From Octopus sinensis (lineage: Eukaryota), in NCBI RefSeq assembly GCF_006345805.1, contig NC_043000.1, forward strand, positions 109,926,001-109,990,000: DNA of 64,000 bases. The letters run 5' to 3'. This document shows, piece by piece, positions 13,830-26,100 of the stretch (its first letter is position 1; every line of letters starts with the position of its first letter). The notes beneath the pieces are model-generated. The model was not told the origin of the DNA and did not search any database. It saw only the letters and a program-made list of their open reading frames with translations. Both the position numbers and the translations under genes were made by a program.

Positions 13830-14960
13830 CGCACACGCACGCACAGAGATACTTATCTGCAAGCACTTAGCTTGTGCTGTTGTCTGTTTTATTGATTACT
13901 GAGTCAGTGGGAAATTGGCCTCTTAATCGTTGCAAAGAGCTGGTTAAAACATTTTTCCGTAATAATGGAATGCTTTCTGCTACCACCACCACCACCACCA
14001 TCACTGCCATTAGTTCCTATTTCAAACAGTAACTGCGTCCTTGTACATTATACTCAAGTAAATGCACACACACGCATGCATGCAGACACATACACACACA
14101 CACGTGTGTGAACATGTGTTTGTGTGTATTATAAACATCCTATAAGCCACATGTTCACATACAGATAGAGGTTCAGGCATGGCTGTGTGGTTAAGGAGCT
14201 TGTTTTGCAGCCATATGCTTTCAGGTTCAAGCTCGTGTTACTTCTACTACAGCCCCAGATTGTCCAATATCTTCTGAACTGAATCTGGTTGCAAAAGCTA
14301 TGTGGAAGCCTGTCGTGTGTATGTGTATGCATGTGTGTCTGTGCCCCCCCCTTACTCACCACCACCACTACCTATTTTTTTTACTACCCACAAGGGGCCA
14401 AACACAGAGGGGACAAACAAGGACAGACAAACAGATTAAGTCGATTATATTGACCCCAGTGCGTAACTGGTACTTATTTAATCGACCCCGAAAGGATGAA
14501 AGGCAAAGTCGACCTCGGTGGAATTTGAACTCAGAATGTAGCTGCAGTCGAAATACCGTTAAGCATTTCGCCCGGCGTGCTAACGGTTCTGCCAACTTGC
14601 TGCCATACCACTTGACAATTGGTGTTGGTTTGTTTACATCCTCATAACTCAACAGTTCAGCAAGGGATTTCAATAGAATAAGTACTTGACCTGTTTGACT
14701 AAAACCTTGAAGGGGAATGCTCCAGCAGGGTCATAGTCTAATGAATGAAATAAATGGTTAATGGGTTTCTACAGGCCAGCTACATTTTTTCCATGAAAGT
14801 GGCCATTCAGCTGTGTAGGTGTTATTGTTGTTAGTATTTACTGAAGAATGCTTGTTATCTAGAATTTCCTATAATGATTCAAAAGTTTAGTTGATATCTT
14901 GGCTGTGTGGTAAGAAGCTTGCTTATAAATTATAAGAAATTTTATCTTCTATACTTCCAA

Positions 14961-15172
14961 AGGCGGGAAGCTGTCAGAAACATTAGCGCGCCAGGCGAAA
15001 TGCTTAGCGGTATTTCGTCTGTCTTTACGTTCTGAGTTCAAATTCCGCCGAGGTCGACTTTGCCTTTCATCCTTTCGGGGTCGATTAAATAAGTATCAGT
15101 TATGCACTGGGGTCGATATAATTGACTTAATCTGTTTGTCTGTCCTTGTTTAGCCCCTTGTAGGTAGTAAAG

Positions 15173-15176
<4 letters not shown>
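14961..15176 (+). mobile_element. tRNA-derived SINE family B (also 14380-14605-, 57438-57692+, and older copies near 25050-, 25840+, 37920-)
   Basis: B-box-like gagttcaaattcc and shared gtcgactttgcctttcatcctttcggggtcgat body. Confidence 0.88.
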
Positions 15177-15206
<30 letters not shown>

Positions 15207-15230
15207 TTATATATATATATATATATATAA

Positions 15231-15695
15231 TATCCTGCAGTAAACATTGCTATGTTAGCGTAAATATGAAATTGTTCTAAGTCACTGCATCTCGTTTCTT
15301 TGTTAACGTTAGTCTTCTGTTGAAATATAATCGATATTTTATTTTGTTTCACATAATTATTTGATAGAATATTTATTATTATTCTTACTTTGTCAATGGG
15401 GTTAATTAAGTCTATTGATTTTGGTGGAGACAGGGAAACAGCGATAGTTATTCTCCTGACTTTTTCAAAGTCATTTTCTAAAATAATTGACGTGAAATAG
15501 TCACCACCAGGAATTGAAAACCAAGTTATGGCTCTTGAGCTGCCAGCAGCAGCAACAGAAGCAGACTTTGTAATTTACGGAGTCTGTAGGTTGTTGCTTA
15601 ATGTTATTGAGATTTAATACTTTATTGGTGATCATTGATATTTGTGGGTGTGGGTGTGACCTTCAGTGCTTCCTTAATTAAAGAAGCTAATCATT

Positions 15696-15785
<90 letters not shown>

Positions 15786-16286
15786 TTATATATATATATA
15801 TATATATATAATATCCTGCAGTAAACATTGCTATGTTAGCGTAAATATGAAATTGTTCTAAGTCACTGCATCTCGTTTCTTTGTTAACGTTAGTCTTCTG
15901 TTGAAATATAATCGATATTTTATTTTGTTTCACATAATTATTTAATAGAATATTTATTATTATTCTTACTTGGATGTATCTTTGTCAATGGGGTTAATTA
16001 AGTCTATTGATTTTGGTGGAGACAGGGAAACAGCGATAGTTATTCTCCTGACTTTTTCAAAGTCATTTTCTAAAATAATTGACGTGAAATAGTCACCACC
16101 AGGAATTGAAAACCAAGTTATGGCTCTTGAGCTGCCAGCAGCAGCAACAGAAGCAGACTTTGTAATTTACGGAGTCTGTAGGTTGTTGCTTAATGTTATT
16201 GAGATTTAATACTTTATTGGTGATCATTGATATTTGTGGGTGTGGGTGTGACCTTCAGTGCTTCCTTAATTAAAGAAGCTAATCAT

Positions 16287-16292
<6 letters not shown>
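15231..16292. repeat. Direct tandem duplication of about 470 bp of unique sequence, bounded by microsatellites
   Basis: Offset 581 rising to 592; copy 2 carries an 11 bp insertion and at least one substitution. Confidence 0.93.
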
Positions 16293-16368
<76 letters not shown>

Positions 16369-16488
16369 AGTGTGTGTGTGTATGTATATATGTGTGTGTG
16401 TATGTATATATATATATGTGTGTGTGTATGTATATATATATATGTGTGTGTGTGTATGTATATATATATATGTGTGTGTGTGTGTATG

Positions 16489-16541
<53 letters not shown>

Positions 16542-16632
16542 ATATATGTGTGTGTGTGTGTGTGTATGTATATATATATATATATGTGCGTGTGTGTGTG
16601 TGTGTGTATATATATATATGTGCGTGTGTGTG

Positions 16633-16663
<31 letters not shown>

Positions 16664-16713
16664 GTGCGTGTGTGTATATATATATATTGTGTGTGTGTGT
16701 GTATGTATATATA
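16292..16713. repeat. Compound microsatellite (CT)n(AT)n with alternating (GT)n/(AT)n
   Basis: Read directly; it explains the CV/YI/HT-rich ORFs. Many shorter microsatellites occur across the window. Confidence 0.97.
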
Positions 16714-17149
16714 TCATCATCATCAGCATTTAACGTCCGCTTTCCATGCTAGCATGGGTTGGACGGTTCAACTGGGGTCTGGGGAGCCCGAAAGCTGCAC
16801 CAGTCCAGTCAGATCTGGCAGTGTTTCTACAGCTGGATGCCCTTCCTAACGCCAACCACTCCGAGAGTGTAGTGGGTGATTTTATGTACCACCGACACAG
16901 GTGCCAGACGAGGCTGACAAACAGCCACGCTCGGATGGTGTTTTTTATGTGCCACCGACACAGGTCCCAGACGAGGCTGGCAGACGGCCACGCTCGGATG
17001 GTGTTTTTATGTGCCACCGACACAGGTGCCAGATGAGGCTGGCAAAACGGCCACGATCGGATGGTGCTTGTTACGTGCCCACAGCACGGAGGCCAGTCGA
17101 TGCGGTACTGGCTACGGCCACGTTCGGATGGTTTTCTTGTGTGCCACGT

Positions 17150-18870
17150 GCCACCGGCACTGGTACCACAAGGATACAAATTCCATTGATGTTCATCTAT
17201 TTTGATTTGTTTTGATTTGATTTTCACTTGCCTCAACAGGTCTTCACAAGTGTCACAAGAAGGAAGGTATGCACAGGTGGACTGACTACGTCCCAGGTAG
17301 GGGCCATGGGTTATGGCCTGACTAGTCTTGCCGGGTCTTCCGATGGTGTTTTTTATGTGCCACCGACACAGGTGCTAGATGAGGCTGGCGAACGGCCACG
17401 ATCGGATGGGGTTTGTCATGTGCCCACCGCACTGACTACAGCACTGATGGATTTCTTGTGTGCCACGGGCACTGGTACCACAAGATACAAATTCCATTGA
17501 TGTTCATCTATTTGTCTATTTTGATTTGATTTGATTTGATTGATTTTCACTTGCCTCAACAGGTCTTCACAAGTGTCACAAGAAGGAAGGTATGCACAGG
17601 TGGACTGACTACGTCCCAGGTAGGGGCCATGGGTTATGGCCTGACTAGTCTTGCCGGGTCTTCCGATGGTGTTTTTATGTGCCACCGACACAGGTGCTAG
17701 ATGAGGCTGGCGAACGGCCACGATCGGATGGGGTTTGTCATGTGCCCACCGCACTGACTACAGCACTGATGGATTTCTTGTGTGCCACGGGCACTGGTAC
17801 CACAAGATACAAATTCCATTGATGTTCATCTATTTGTCTATTTTGATTTGATTTGATTTGATTTGATTTTCACTTGCCTCAACAGGTGTCACAAGAGGAA
17901 GGTATGCACAGGTGGACTGACTAGTCTTGCCGGGTCTTCGGAAGGTGTTTTTATGTGCCACCGACACAGGTGCCAGACGAGGCTGGCGAACGGCCATGAT
18001 CGGATGGTGTTTGTTACGTGCCCACAGCACGGAGGCCGGTCGATGCAGAACTGGCTACGGCCACGTTCGGATGGTTCTCTTGTGTGCCACCGGCACTGGT
18101 ACCACAAAGATACAGATTCCATTGATGTTCATCTATTTTGATTTGTTTTGATTTTGATTTTCACTTGCCTCAACAGGTCTTCACAAGTGTCACAAGAAGG
18201 AAGGTATGCACAGGTGGACTGACTACGTCCCAGGTAGGGGCCATGGGTTATGGCCTGACTAGTCTTGCCGGGTCTTCGGATGGTGTTTTTATGTGCCACC
18301 CACACAGGTGCTAGATGAGGCTGGCGAACGGCCACGATCGGATGGTGTTTGTCATGTGCCCACAGCACGGAGGCCAGTCGATGCGGTACTGGCTACGGCC
18401 ACTTTCGGATGGTTTTCTCTTGTGTGCCACCGGCACTGGTACCACAAAGATACAAATTCCATTGATGTTCATCTATTTTGATTTGTTTTGATTTTCACTT
18501 GCCTCAACAGGTCTTCACAAGTGTCGCAAGAAGGAAGGTATGTACAGGTGGACTGACTACGTCCCAGGTAGGGCCCACGGGTTATGACCTGACTAGTCTT
18601 GCCGGGTCTTCGGATGGTGTTTTTATGTGCCACCATGTTCCCACATCACGGAGGCGAGTCGACGCGGTACTGGCTACGGCCACATTCGGATGGTTTTCTT
18701 GTGTGCCACAGGCACTGGTACCACAAAGATACAAATTCCATTGATGTTCATCTATTTTGATTGATTTTCACTTGCCTCAGCAGGTCTTCACAAGTGTCAC
18801 AAGAAGGAAGGTATGCACAGGTGGATCGACTACGTCCCAGGTAGGGGCCACGGGATATGGCCTGACTAGT
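17150..18870 (-). repeat. Tandem array of six 273-334 bp units in the RTE 3' UTR
   Basis: The anchor ttttcacttgcctca recurs at 17221, 17544, 17867, 18158, 18492 and 18765. Confidence 0.93.
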
Positions 18871-21746
18871 CCTGCCGGGTCCTCTCATGCACAGCACACT
18901 TCCATAGGACTCGGTCTTCAGTCATTTCCTTGGTGAGACCTAAAGTTCGAAGGTCGTGCTTCACCACCTCGTCCCAGGTTTTCCTGGGTCTACCTCTTCC
19001 ACAGGTTCCCTCAACTGCTAGGGTGTAGCACTTTTGCACACAACTATCTTCAGCCATTCTCGTCACATGACCATACCAGCGCAGCCGTCTCTCTTGCACA
19101 CCACAACTGACACTTCTTAGGTTCAACTTTTCTCTCAAAGTACTTACACTCTGACGATTATGAACACTGACATTACACATCCATCGGAGCATACTGGCTT
19201 CATTTCTTGCAAGCTTACGCATATCCTCAGCTGTCACGGCCCATGTTTCACTACCATGTAGCATGGCTGTACGTACACACGCATCATATAGTCTGCCTTT
19301 TACTCTTAGCGAGAGGCCTTTTGTCACCAGCAGGGGTAAGAGCTCTCTAAACTTTGCCCAGGCTATTCTTACTCTAGCAGTTACACTTTCAGCACACCCA
19401 CCCCCGCTACTGACTTGGTCTCCTAGGTAGCGGAAGCTATCAACTACTTCTAGTTTGTCTCCCTGGAACGTGGTAGAAGTTGGTCTCTGCACATTTCCAG
19501 TGTTTATTTCTCTTGAGCATCTGCCACAGACAAAAACTATTTTCTTAGTTAGCCTTCCTTTGACATTGCTGCACCTCTTATGTGTCCATAGCTTACACTT
19601 GGTGCACCTTATAGAGTTTCTACCTACACCTTTTTTACAGATCGAGCAGGGCCATCTACCTGAAGTCGTTTGTGGTTGGTCCACCTTCCTACTTATTAGG
19701 ACTTTGGTTTTGGCTAGGTTGATTCTAAGGCCCTTCGATTCTAATCCTGTTTCCACACCTGAAACTTCTCCTCCAGTTCTGATAGTGACTCAGCAATTAG
19801 AGCAAGGTCATCAGCATATAGGAGCTCCCAGGGGCATCCTGTCTTAAATTCTTCCGTTATTGCCTGGAGGACTATGATAAATAGGAGGGGGCTGAGGACT
19901 GAACCTTGGTGGACCCCAACCTCTACCCGGAATTCTTCACTGTACTCGTTGCCAACCCTCACCTTACTAGCTGCATCTCTGTACATGGCTCGCACAGCTC
20001 TCACTAACCATTCATCTATCCCTAGTTTCCTCATTGACCACCAGATAAGGGATCGGGGGACCCTGTCAAAGGCTTTCTCTAAGTCAACAAAAGCCAGGTA
20101 CAAGGGCTTACCTTTGGCTAGGTATTTCTCCTGCAGCTGTCTTACCAGGAATATAGCATCAGTAGTACTTTTCCCTGGCACGAACCCAAACTGCATATCA
20201 TCTAAGCTAACTCTCTCTCTAATTAACTGGGCTATAACCCTCTCCGTAACCTTCATTACCTGATCCAACAGCTTGATGCCCCTGTGGTTATTTGTATCTA
20301 GGGCATCGCCTTTACCTTTGTAGCAGTTGACTATTATGCTGCTACACCAGTCATTGGGTATGACTCCTTCGTGTATCACCTGGTTAACTATACGGGTGAC
20401 TATGCTATAGCCGACACTACCAGATATTTTGAGCATCTCTGCAGTAATTCCTGATGGGCCTGGGGCTTTCCCTGTCTTCATGATTCTAATTGCCTTAGCT
20501 ACCACGTAACTATCAACTCGGATAGCTGGTCCCTCTGTTGGGTCAACATTCGGCAGACTCTCTTTATCCCATTCATTTTCCTCATTCAGCAACCTTTCAT
20601 AGTGGCGTCTCCAAGCTTCTCTCTTTGCATCCTCATTTAGCGCAAGTGAACCATCCTCCATGCGAACACATTTCTCTCCTACCACATCTCGATTCTCTCT
20701 CACACACTGTCTTGCAACACGAAATACCTCAAGTCTTTCATCCTCACGGCGCAGGACATTGGCAAATTTTCTTTTATCTGCTTCCCCTCTGGCTAGATAG
20801 ACCTGTCTCCTGGCTTCCCTTCTGGCAGTCTGATACACTTCCCTGCTACCACCGTTCTTCCAGGCCTTCCAAGCCTGTTTCTTTTGTCTAATAGCCCTAT
20901 CAACAATATTGTTCCACCACCATGTTATTTTGGGTCTTAAGGGGACTTTGCACCAGCCACAGATCTGGTCAGCGGCTTTCAGCAGGTTGTCCCTCAGAAA
21001 CGTCCAGTTGTCTTCTACCCCATGTGTAGCTATACCCCCTTCCACTTCGTCAAAGGCTTCAAGTAACATATCTCTAAATCTCTGTCCATTCGCAGGGTCT
21101 TTAAGCTTCCAGACCCTTCTTCTCCATGTTGGTCGTCTTCTAGTCGCCCTCTTAGTCCTGATCCTAAAGTCACTAACTACCAGTCTATGTTGTGGGGTGC
21201 ATTCTTCGCCTGGGAAGGTTTTGGCATTTATAAGCAGCCTTCTTTCCCTTTTTCTGGCGAGGATGTAGTCGATTTGGCTAGTATGCCGGCCCGATCGGTA
21301 GGTGACCAGGTGGCTTGTTGGTTTCCTGAAGTTAGTGTTGCAGATCATAAGACTATTCGCATCGCAGAACTCCAGCAGCCTGGTTCCCTCCTCGTTGCGG
21401 GAACCATAACCGTAGCCTCCATGCACGCCATGGAAGCCCCCAGCATGTCGTCCAACATGCCCATTGAAATCACCAGCCACAAAGAGAAGGTCCCTGTCGT
21501 TCGTCAATGAGGTGGTCTGCAGTAGGGTGTCATAGAAACTGTCTTTCTGTCCATCGGGTAGCCCTGGCTGAGGGGCATAGGCCGATATAATGGTTGCTAA
21601 TCTATTATGAAGCACTATTCTAATCTTAAGTATTCTGTCACTTACTCTGATTACCTCAATTACTCTATCTATCCATTTCTCAGCAATAAGTATACCCACG
21701 CCACCAACCCCGTCAGTGTTCCCTGCCCAGAAAATCTTGTACCTGT
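18866..21746 (-). pseudogene. APE-RT ORF of the RTE LINE with a single 1-nt frameshift near 19747
   Basis: WKQ(G)LESKGL is split by a missing G in AAACAGG(G)ATTAG. No other stop occurs over about 950 codons; the N-terminus is missing. Confidence 0.92.
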
Positions 21747-22842
21747 ATATATATATATATATATATATTGTAATTGATATATCAGTCTATATTTAGTGTC
21801 TGTGGAGATAGGCAGTGGTTGTATTCTTGTCTGGAGAAGTCTTCTGTTTGGTGCTGGCAGTCTCAGTGATGTTTGACCGTCTGGGTTGCTTTAGAATGTA
21901 GCAGAATGGCCAAAACAGTTTGGTTCTTCTACATCCTGAGTCCAATTCCAACCACATTTCACGTTTCCTTTCATCCCTCCATGGTTGATAGAATTAAGTA
22001 CTACTCAGTTTGACCATTTGACCATATGAGTGAAGGCAGATGGCCTAATGGTTAGGGTGTTGCACTTGGGATTGGAAGACTGTGGTTTTGCTTCCCATAT
22101 TGGGTAATGCATTGTGTTCTTCAATAAAGCATTTCATTACACATTGCCCCAGTCCACTCAGCTGTAAATGAACAACAACCCTGCAGCAGACGGACTGGCA
22201 TCCTGTTCAAGAGGAACATTGTGATCTTGGTTATTCATACACCGTGGGAATGGGGTGACCAGTTACATGAGTTCTAGGGCTTGAGACAATAATGTCTCAG
22301 GGTTATCTGTAATAGCTTGGAGGGGCATTCTCCTGAAGTCAGTGGGCATGACCGTCCACTCATTGACATATCTGATTAGGAAATGTCAAGCCATTGATTA
22401 TTTATGGCATTTGTACAGTGTAACGAGTTATTGATTAATTGACTAATAGCTATGACCATTGCTCCTATTGTGTTCAACCGGGTTGTAAATTGGGCATTAA
22501 TTTTCTTCTGTTATTGTGAAACGAGATGTGATAATATTTATTCAAATTTAAATACCATTTCATTCTTTGAAATTTTTGGCTCTTTTAATTGAGTCTCAGC
22601 TCCGTGATGTATCATCCTGTCCATTCGTTGATCTTTCTTTTTCCTTTGCTTTTTTGATGTTTGATTAACCAAAAAAAAAAACCTTCTCTGTATACAAGTA
22701 TATTGGATTGAAAGCTATTTCCTCCCGCTCTCTTCCAACTCTCTTTCTCTCTGTATATGCATATATATCCTGGTTTCCCAGACCCTACTCGAACCGTCCA
22801 ACCCATGCCAGCATGGAAAACGGACGTTAAACGATGATGATG

Positions 22843-23182
22843 ACCCCCTTTGGTCATGAATGACCATGCAATTGCCCCTAGAAAGTTATCTTCCCATGTA
22901 CAAGTCCAGGTAAGGTTGTTTTATGGAAGGTCAGCAGTCACCCATGCGTACCAGCCCCCCCCCCTCTCCACACCACTGATGTTATCCAAAGGATTGGCAA
23001 AGGGGCCTGATACAGCTTGACACCAGTGATGTTGCAACTCATTTCTACAGCTGAGTGAACTGGAGCAATATGAAATAAAGTGTCTGGCTGAAGAACACAA
23101 CACACAGCCCGGTCTGGGAATCGAACTCACAACCTCACGATTGTAAGCTCGATGCTCTAAGCACTGAGCCATGTGCCTTCAT
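22843..23182 (-). mobile_element. tRNA-headed SINE family C (second copy about 35070-35402-)
   Basis: Head ggcacatggctcagtg-ttagagc...gttcgattccc with A and B boxes; shared body and 3' end catggtcattcatgaccaaaggggg. Confidence 0.85.
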
Positions 23183-26100
23183 ATATACGCGCGCGCGCGC
23201 GCGCGTGTGTGTGTATAAGTATGTATGTATATGTCTGTTTAATGTTGGTTGGTGGAGGAAAAGAGTACTTGGTAGCTTGGTAGAGTTTAATATTTTCGTT
23301 GAGTTAGTCTCTTGCTACTCTGAGTCTTACATGTGAGGAGTGCTTAGGGTTTTCAGGCAAACTGTGAGACTGACTTCACCAAGATAATATGTAGCGTATT
23401 TCTTTCATGATTATATTTCTCTTCTTTTTCCTCTCCTCCCACCCTCCTTTCATCGCAGTGTAAAAAAGCAAACAGTGAAGGTGACCATATCAGTGAGCCA
23501 ATCCTGTTTAACGTAAAAACAAACATACTCTAGGACTAATCAGCTGATACAGTGTTCCCTCAGGTATTAAGTGGGTTAGCTCTTATATTACCTGTATTCA
23601 GGTATTTAGGTTTTCTCATCCCTCACTTAGTCCAAGATAATTAAGCTGCTTATACAGCCCAGCCTTGGTCTATATTTAGTTAAAAATTAGTGAGAACACA
23701 TTTAATGCATTAAAAAGCTAATTAGAAATTATTATTATTACAATTGGAGAAAAGACATTACTTAATGACATTATTATTAGAAACATTCTGGTGAGTAGGG
23801 GAGACAATTTTGAATATGTTTCAGTCGTAGACCTTCTTAGTGAATTGTATATTAGTTGGCAGAGAAAATTAGTTTTCTTTTAGAGAATAAATTATAAATC
23901 TGTTTTTGTAACTTGCTCTTGCCAAAGATTGAAAACTGTGTGTGCATGGATGTGTGTGTGTGTGTTCCCTTTGATACTTGCGTATTGATTGAAACAAAGT
24001 CATACACTGTTCATACAAAGCAGTCTCCTTTGTTTGCTGTCATCCATGAAAACATGTCCAGCCATTGTGCTGTTTTAATGTTCAAAAACGCAGGGGAAAT
24101 GTTACCTTGCAAGGAGAGCATCCTGTAATAGAAAGTCTGCTGCAACAAGTTTTGTTTGACCTCTGGGAAAATGGATGTTTAAACAGTGATGGTGATTGAG
24201 GAAAAAGAAAATGAATGATGATGTTATCCAGGATTTTGTATCAACTGACAGAGACAGTTGTTGAGCCTCAGCCCTGAATGAAAAGACTGAGTCACTTGAA
24301 TGAGATAGACGTCTTGTATATAGTATTTAAGTCTTCTTCTTGTACAGGTTTTAATTCTCATCATCATTTAACGTCCGTTTTCCATGCTGGCATGGGTTGG
24401 ACAGTTTGAGTTCTGGCAAGTCAGGAGGCTGCACCAGGTTCCAATCTGTTCTGGCAATGTTTCTGCAGCTGGATGCCCTTCCTAATGCCAACCACTCCAA
24501 GAGCTTAGTGGGTGCTTTTTACGTCCCACTGGCACAGGATCCATTCAGGTGGGCTTGGTATCAATCACATTTGGATAATGCTTTTTATGTACCACTGGCA
24601 TGGGAGCCAGTCAGAGGGCACTGGCATTGGCCACGTTTGAATGGTGCTTTTTACATGCCACTGGCATGGGAGCCAGTCAGGTGGCCTTGGCATCAATCTC
24701 ATTCGGATGGTGCTTTTTACATACCACTGGCATGGAAGCCAGTCAGAGAGCACTGGCATTGGCCATGTTTGGATGGTGCTTTTTATGTACCACTTTTTAT
24801 GTACCAATGGTAGGGCCAGTCAGGTAGCCCTACCATTGATCCACATTCAGATAGTGCTTTTTACGTACCACTGGCATGAGAAAAAATAAAATAAACGAAG
24901 AACAGATCTGCTACTTTAACAGATCTTTTGTTCAGCTGTAAAGAGCTTGTTGTGCCAGTTTCCTGGTTTCCGTGGCACAAGTGAGTGAGTGAGGTCACAA
25001 CATACTCTCTAAACAGGTCATTGGTCCTTTGCAGCGTTCAAGGCCAACAATTTGGAGGGGAGGGGGGACAAGTTGATTACATCAAACCCAGTTTTCAACT
25101 GGCATTTTATCAACTCCAAAAGGATCAAAGGCAAAGTTGACCCTAGAGGGATTTGAACTCAGAACGTAAAGAGCCAGAAGAAACGCCACTATGCATTTTG
25201 TCTGATGTGCTAATGGTTCTTCCAGCTGGCTGCCTCTCTTACTGATTTGCTGAGCATTATCGATGTGGTCCCACAATTCAGTCTTACATGACATGTCATC
25301 GAAACTTTTCCTATGCAAATCCCTACAAGGGTTTTCCTATAGAACAGGGCCTTCTTTGCAGTTTATCTCATACACAAAAACTCATAGACACACTTATGTA
25401 TAACACATATCATCATCAGAATATTTTTCAATATAACATTTTGTCCAAATAAATATCATCTCTGATTGTGATATTTCAAATATTTTTCCCTTCCCAAACC
25501 TTACTGTTGAAATGAATTTTCGAGATCAAAGATAGTCGAAAATATTTCTTTTTCTAAATTTTTCTCATTTCTTCTCCTAGCATTTTCTCTCTTCTTAAAG
25601 ACTCTATTCTATCAATATTACCACTTTTCTATCAATATATTGATCTCTCTCTTTCTCTAATATATGGAACAATATTTTTCTTTTTCTGTTTTTTACATCT
25701 ATCATATGTGGCGAGTTTTTTTTTTTTTCAAAATATAATTTTTGTAATTCTTTTTCTCACCCAATATATTGGTACGTTCCTGCTTTTGTTTTATCTTTCA
25801 TTTCTCATTGTTGTTCATGGTTTTATTATTATTATTATTATAAGCAGAATAGTTGGCATGCCAGGCAAAATGTTTTGCAGCATTTTGTCCGTCTTTTTTT
25901 TAAGTTCAAATTCTGCTGGGGTTGACTTTGCTTTTCATCCTTTCAGTGTCAATAAAATAAATACCAGTTATGTACTGGGGTTGATGTAATCAACTTACCC
26001 CCTGCCCTAAAACTGGCCTTGTGCCAAAGCGTGAAACCATTATTATTATAATTATAATGAGCTGACAGAGACTCATTTAGCTCGTTAGACTAAATGTTTA

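Larger units (their letters stand above)
16713..21746 (-). mobile_element. RTE-clade LINE, 5'-truncated within the APE domain, with long 3' UTR and (GAT)n tail, inserted between microsatellites
   Basis: ORFs 19741-21699 and 18866-19756 carry APE motifs (GDFNGHVG, SQIDY, HRLV) and RT motifs (DLEKAFD, GVHQGSVLSP, YADD at 19807-19818, FRYLG). The 3' end reads ...gttaaatgctgatgatgat at 16713; (TA)n lies directly at the 5' end. Confidence 0.97.

Noticed and set aside
16337-16849. Long ORFs rich in CV/YI/HT (also 5310-5720, 13608-13902, 39862-40480)
   Set aside because: They are translations of dinucleotide microsatellites.
16746-18744. Many ORFs with repeated CHRHR/VPP motifs, and a CRISPR-like appearance of the subrepeats
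   Set aside because: These are translations of the RTE 3' UTR array. There are no unique spacers, no cas genes, and the context is eukaryotic.
19455-21510. + strand ORFs of 107-130 aa overlapping the LINE
   Set aside because: They are antisense shadows of the RTE coding sequence.
23100-23182. tRNA-like sequence with a TAC anticodon loop (minus strand)
   Set aside because: There is no acceptor stem and it continues into a repeated SINE body, so it is a SINE head.
23459-23563. Strong acceptor plus a CAG|gtatta donor
   Set aside because: All three frames contain stops. It could only be non-coding or a shorter exon, with no further support.
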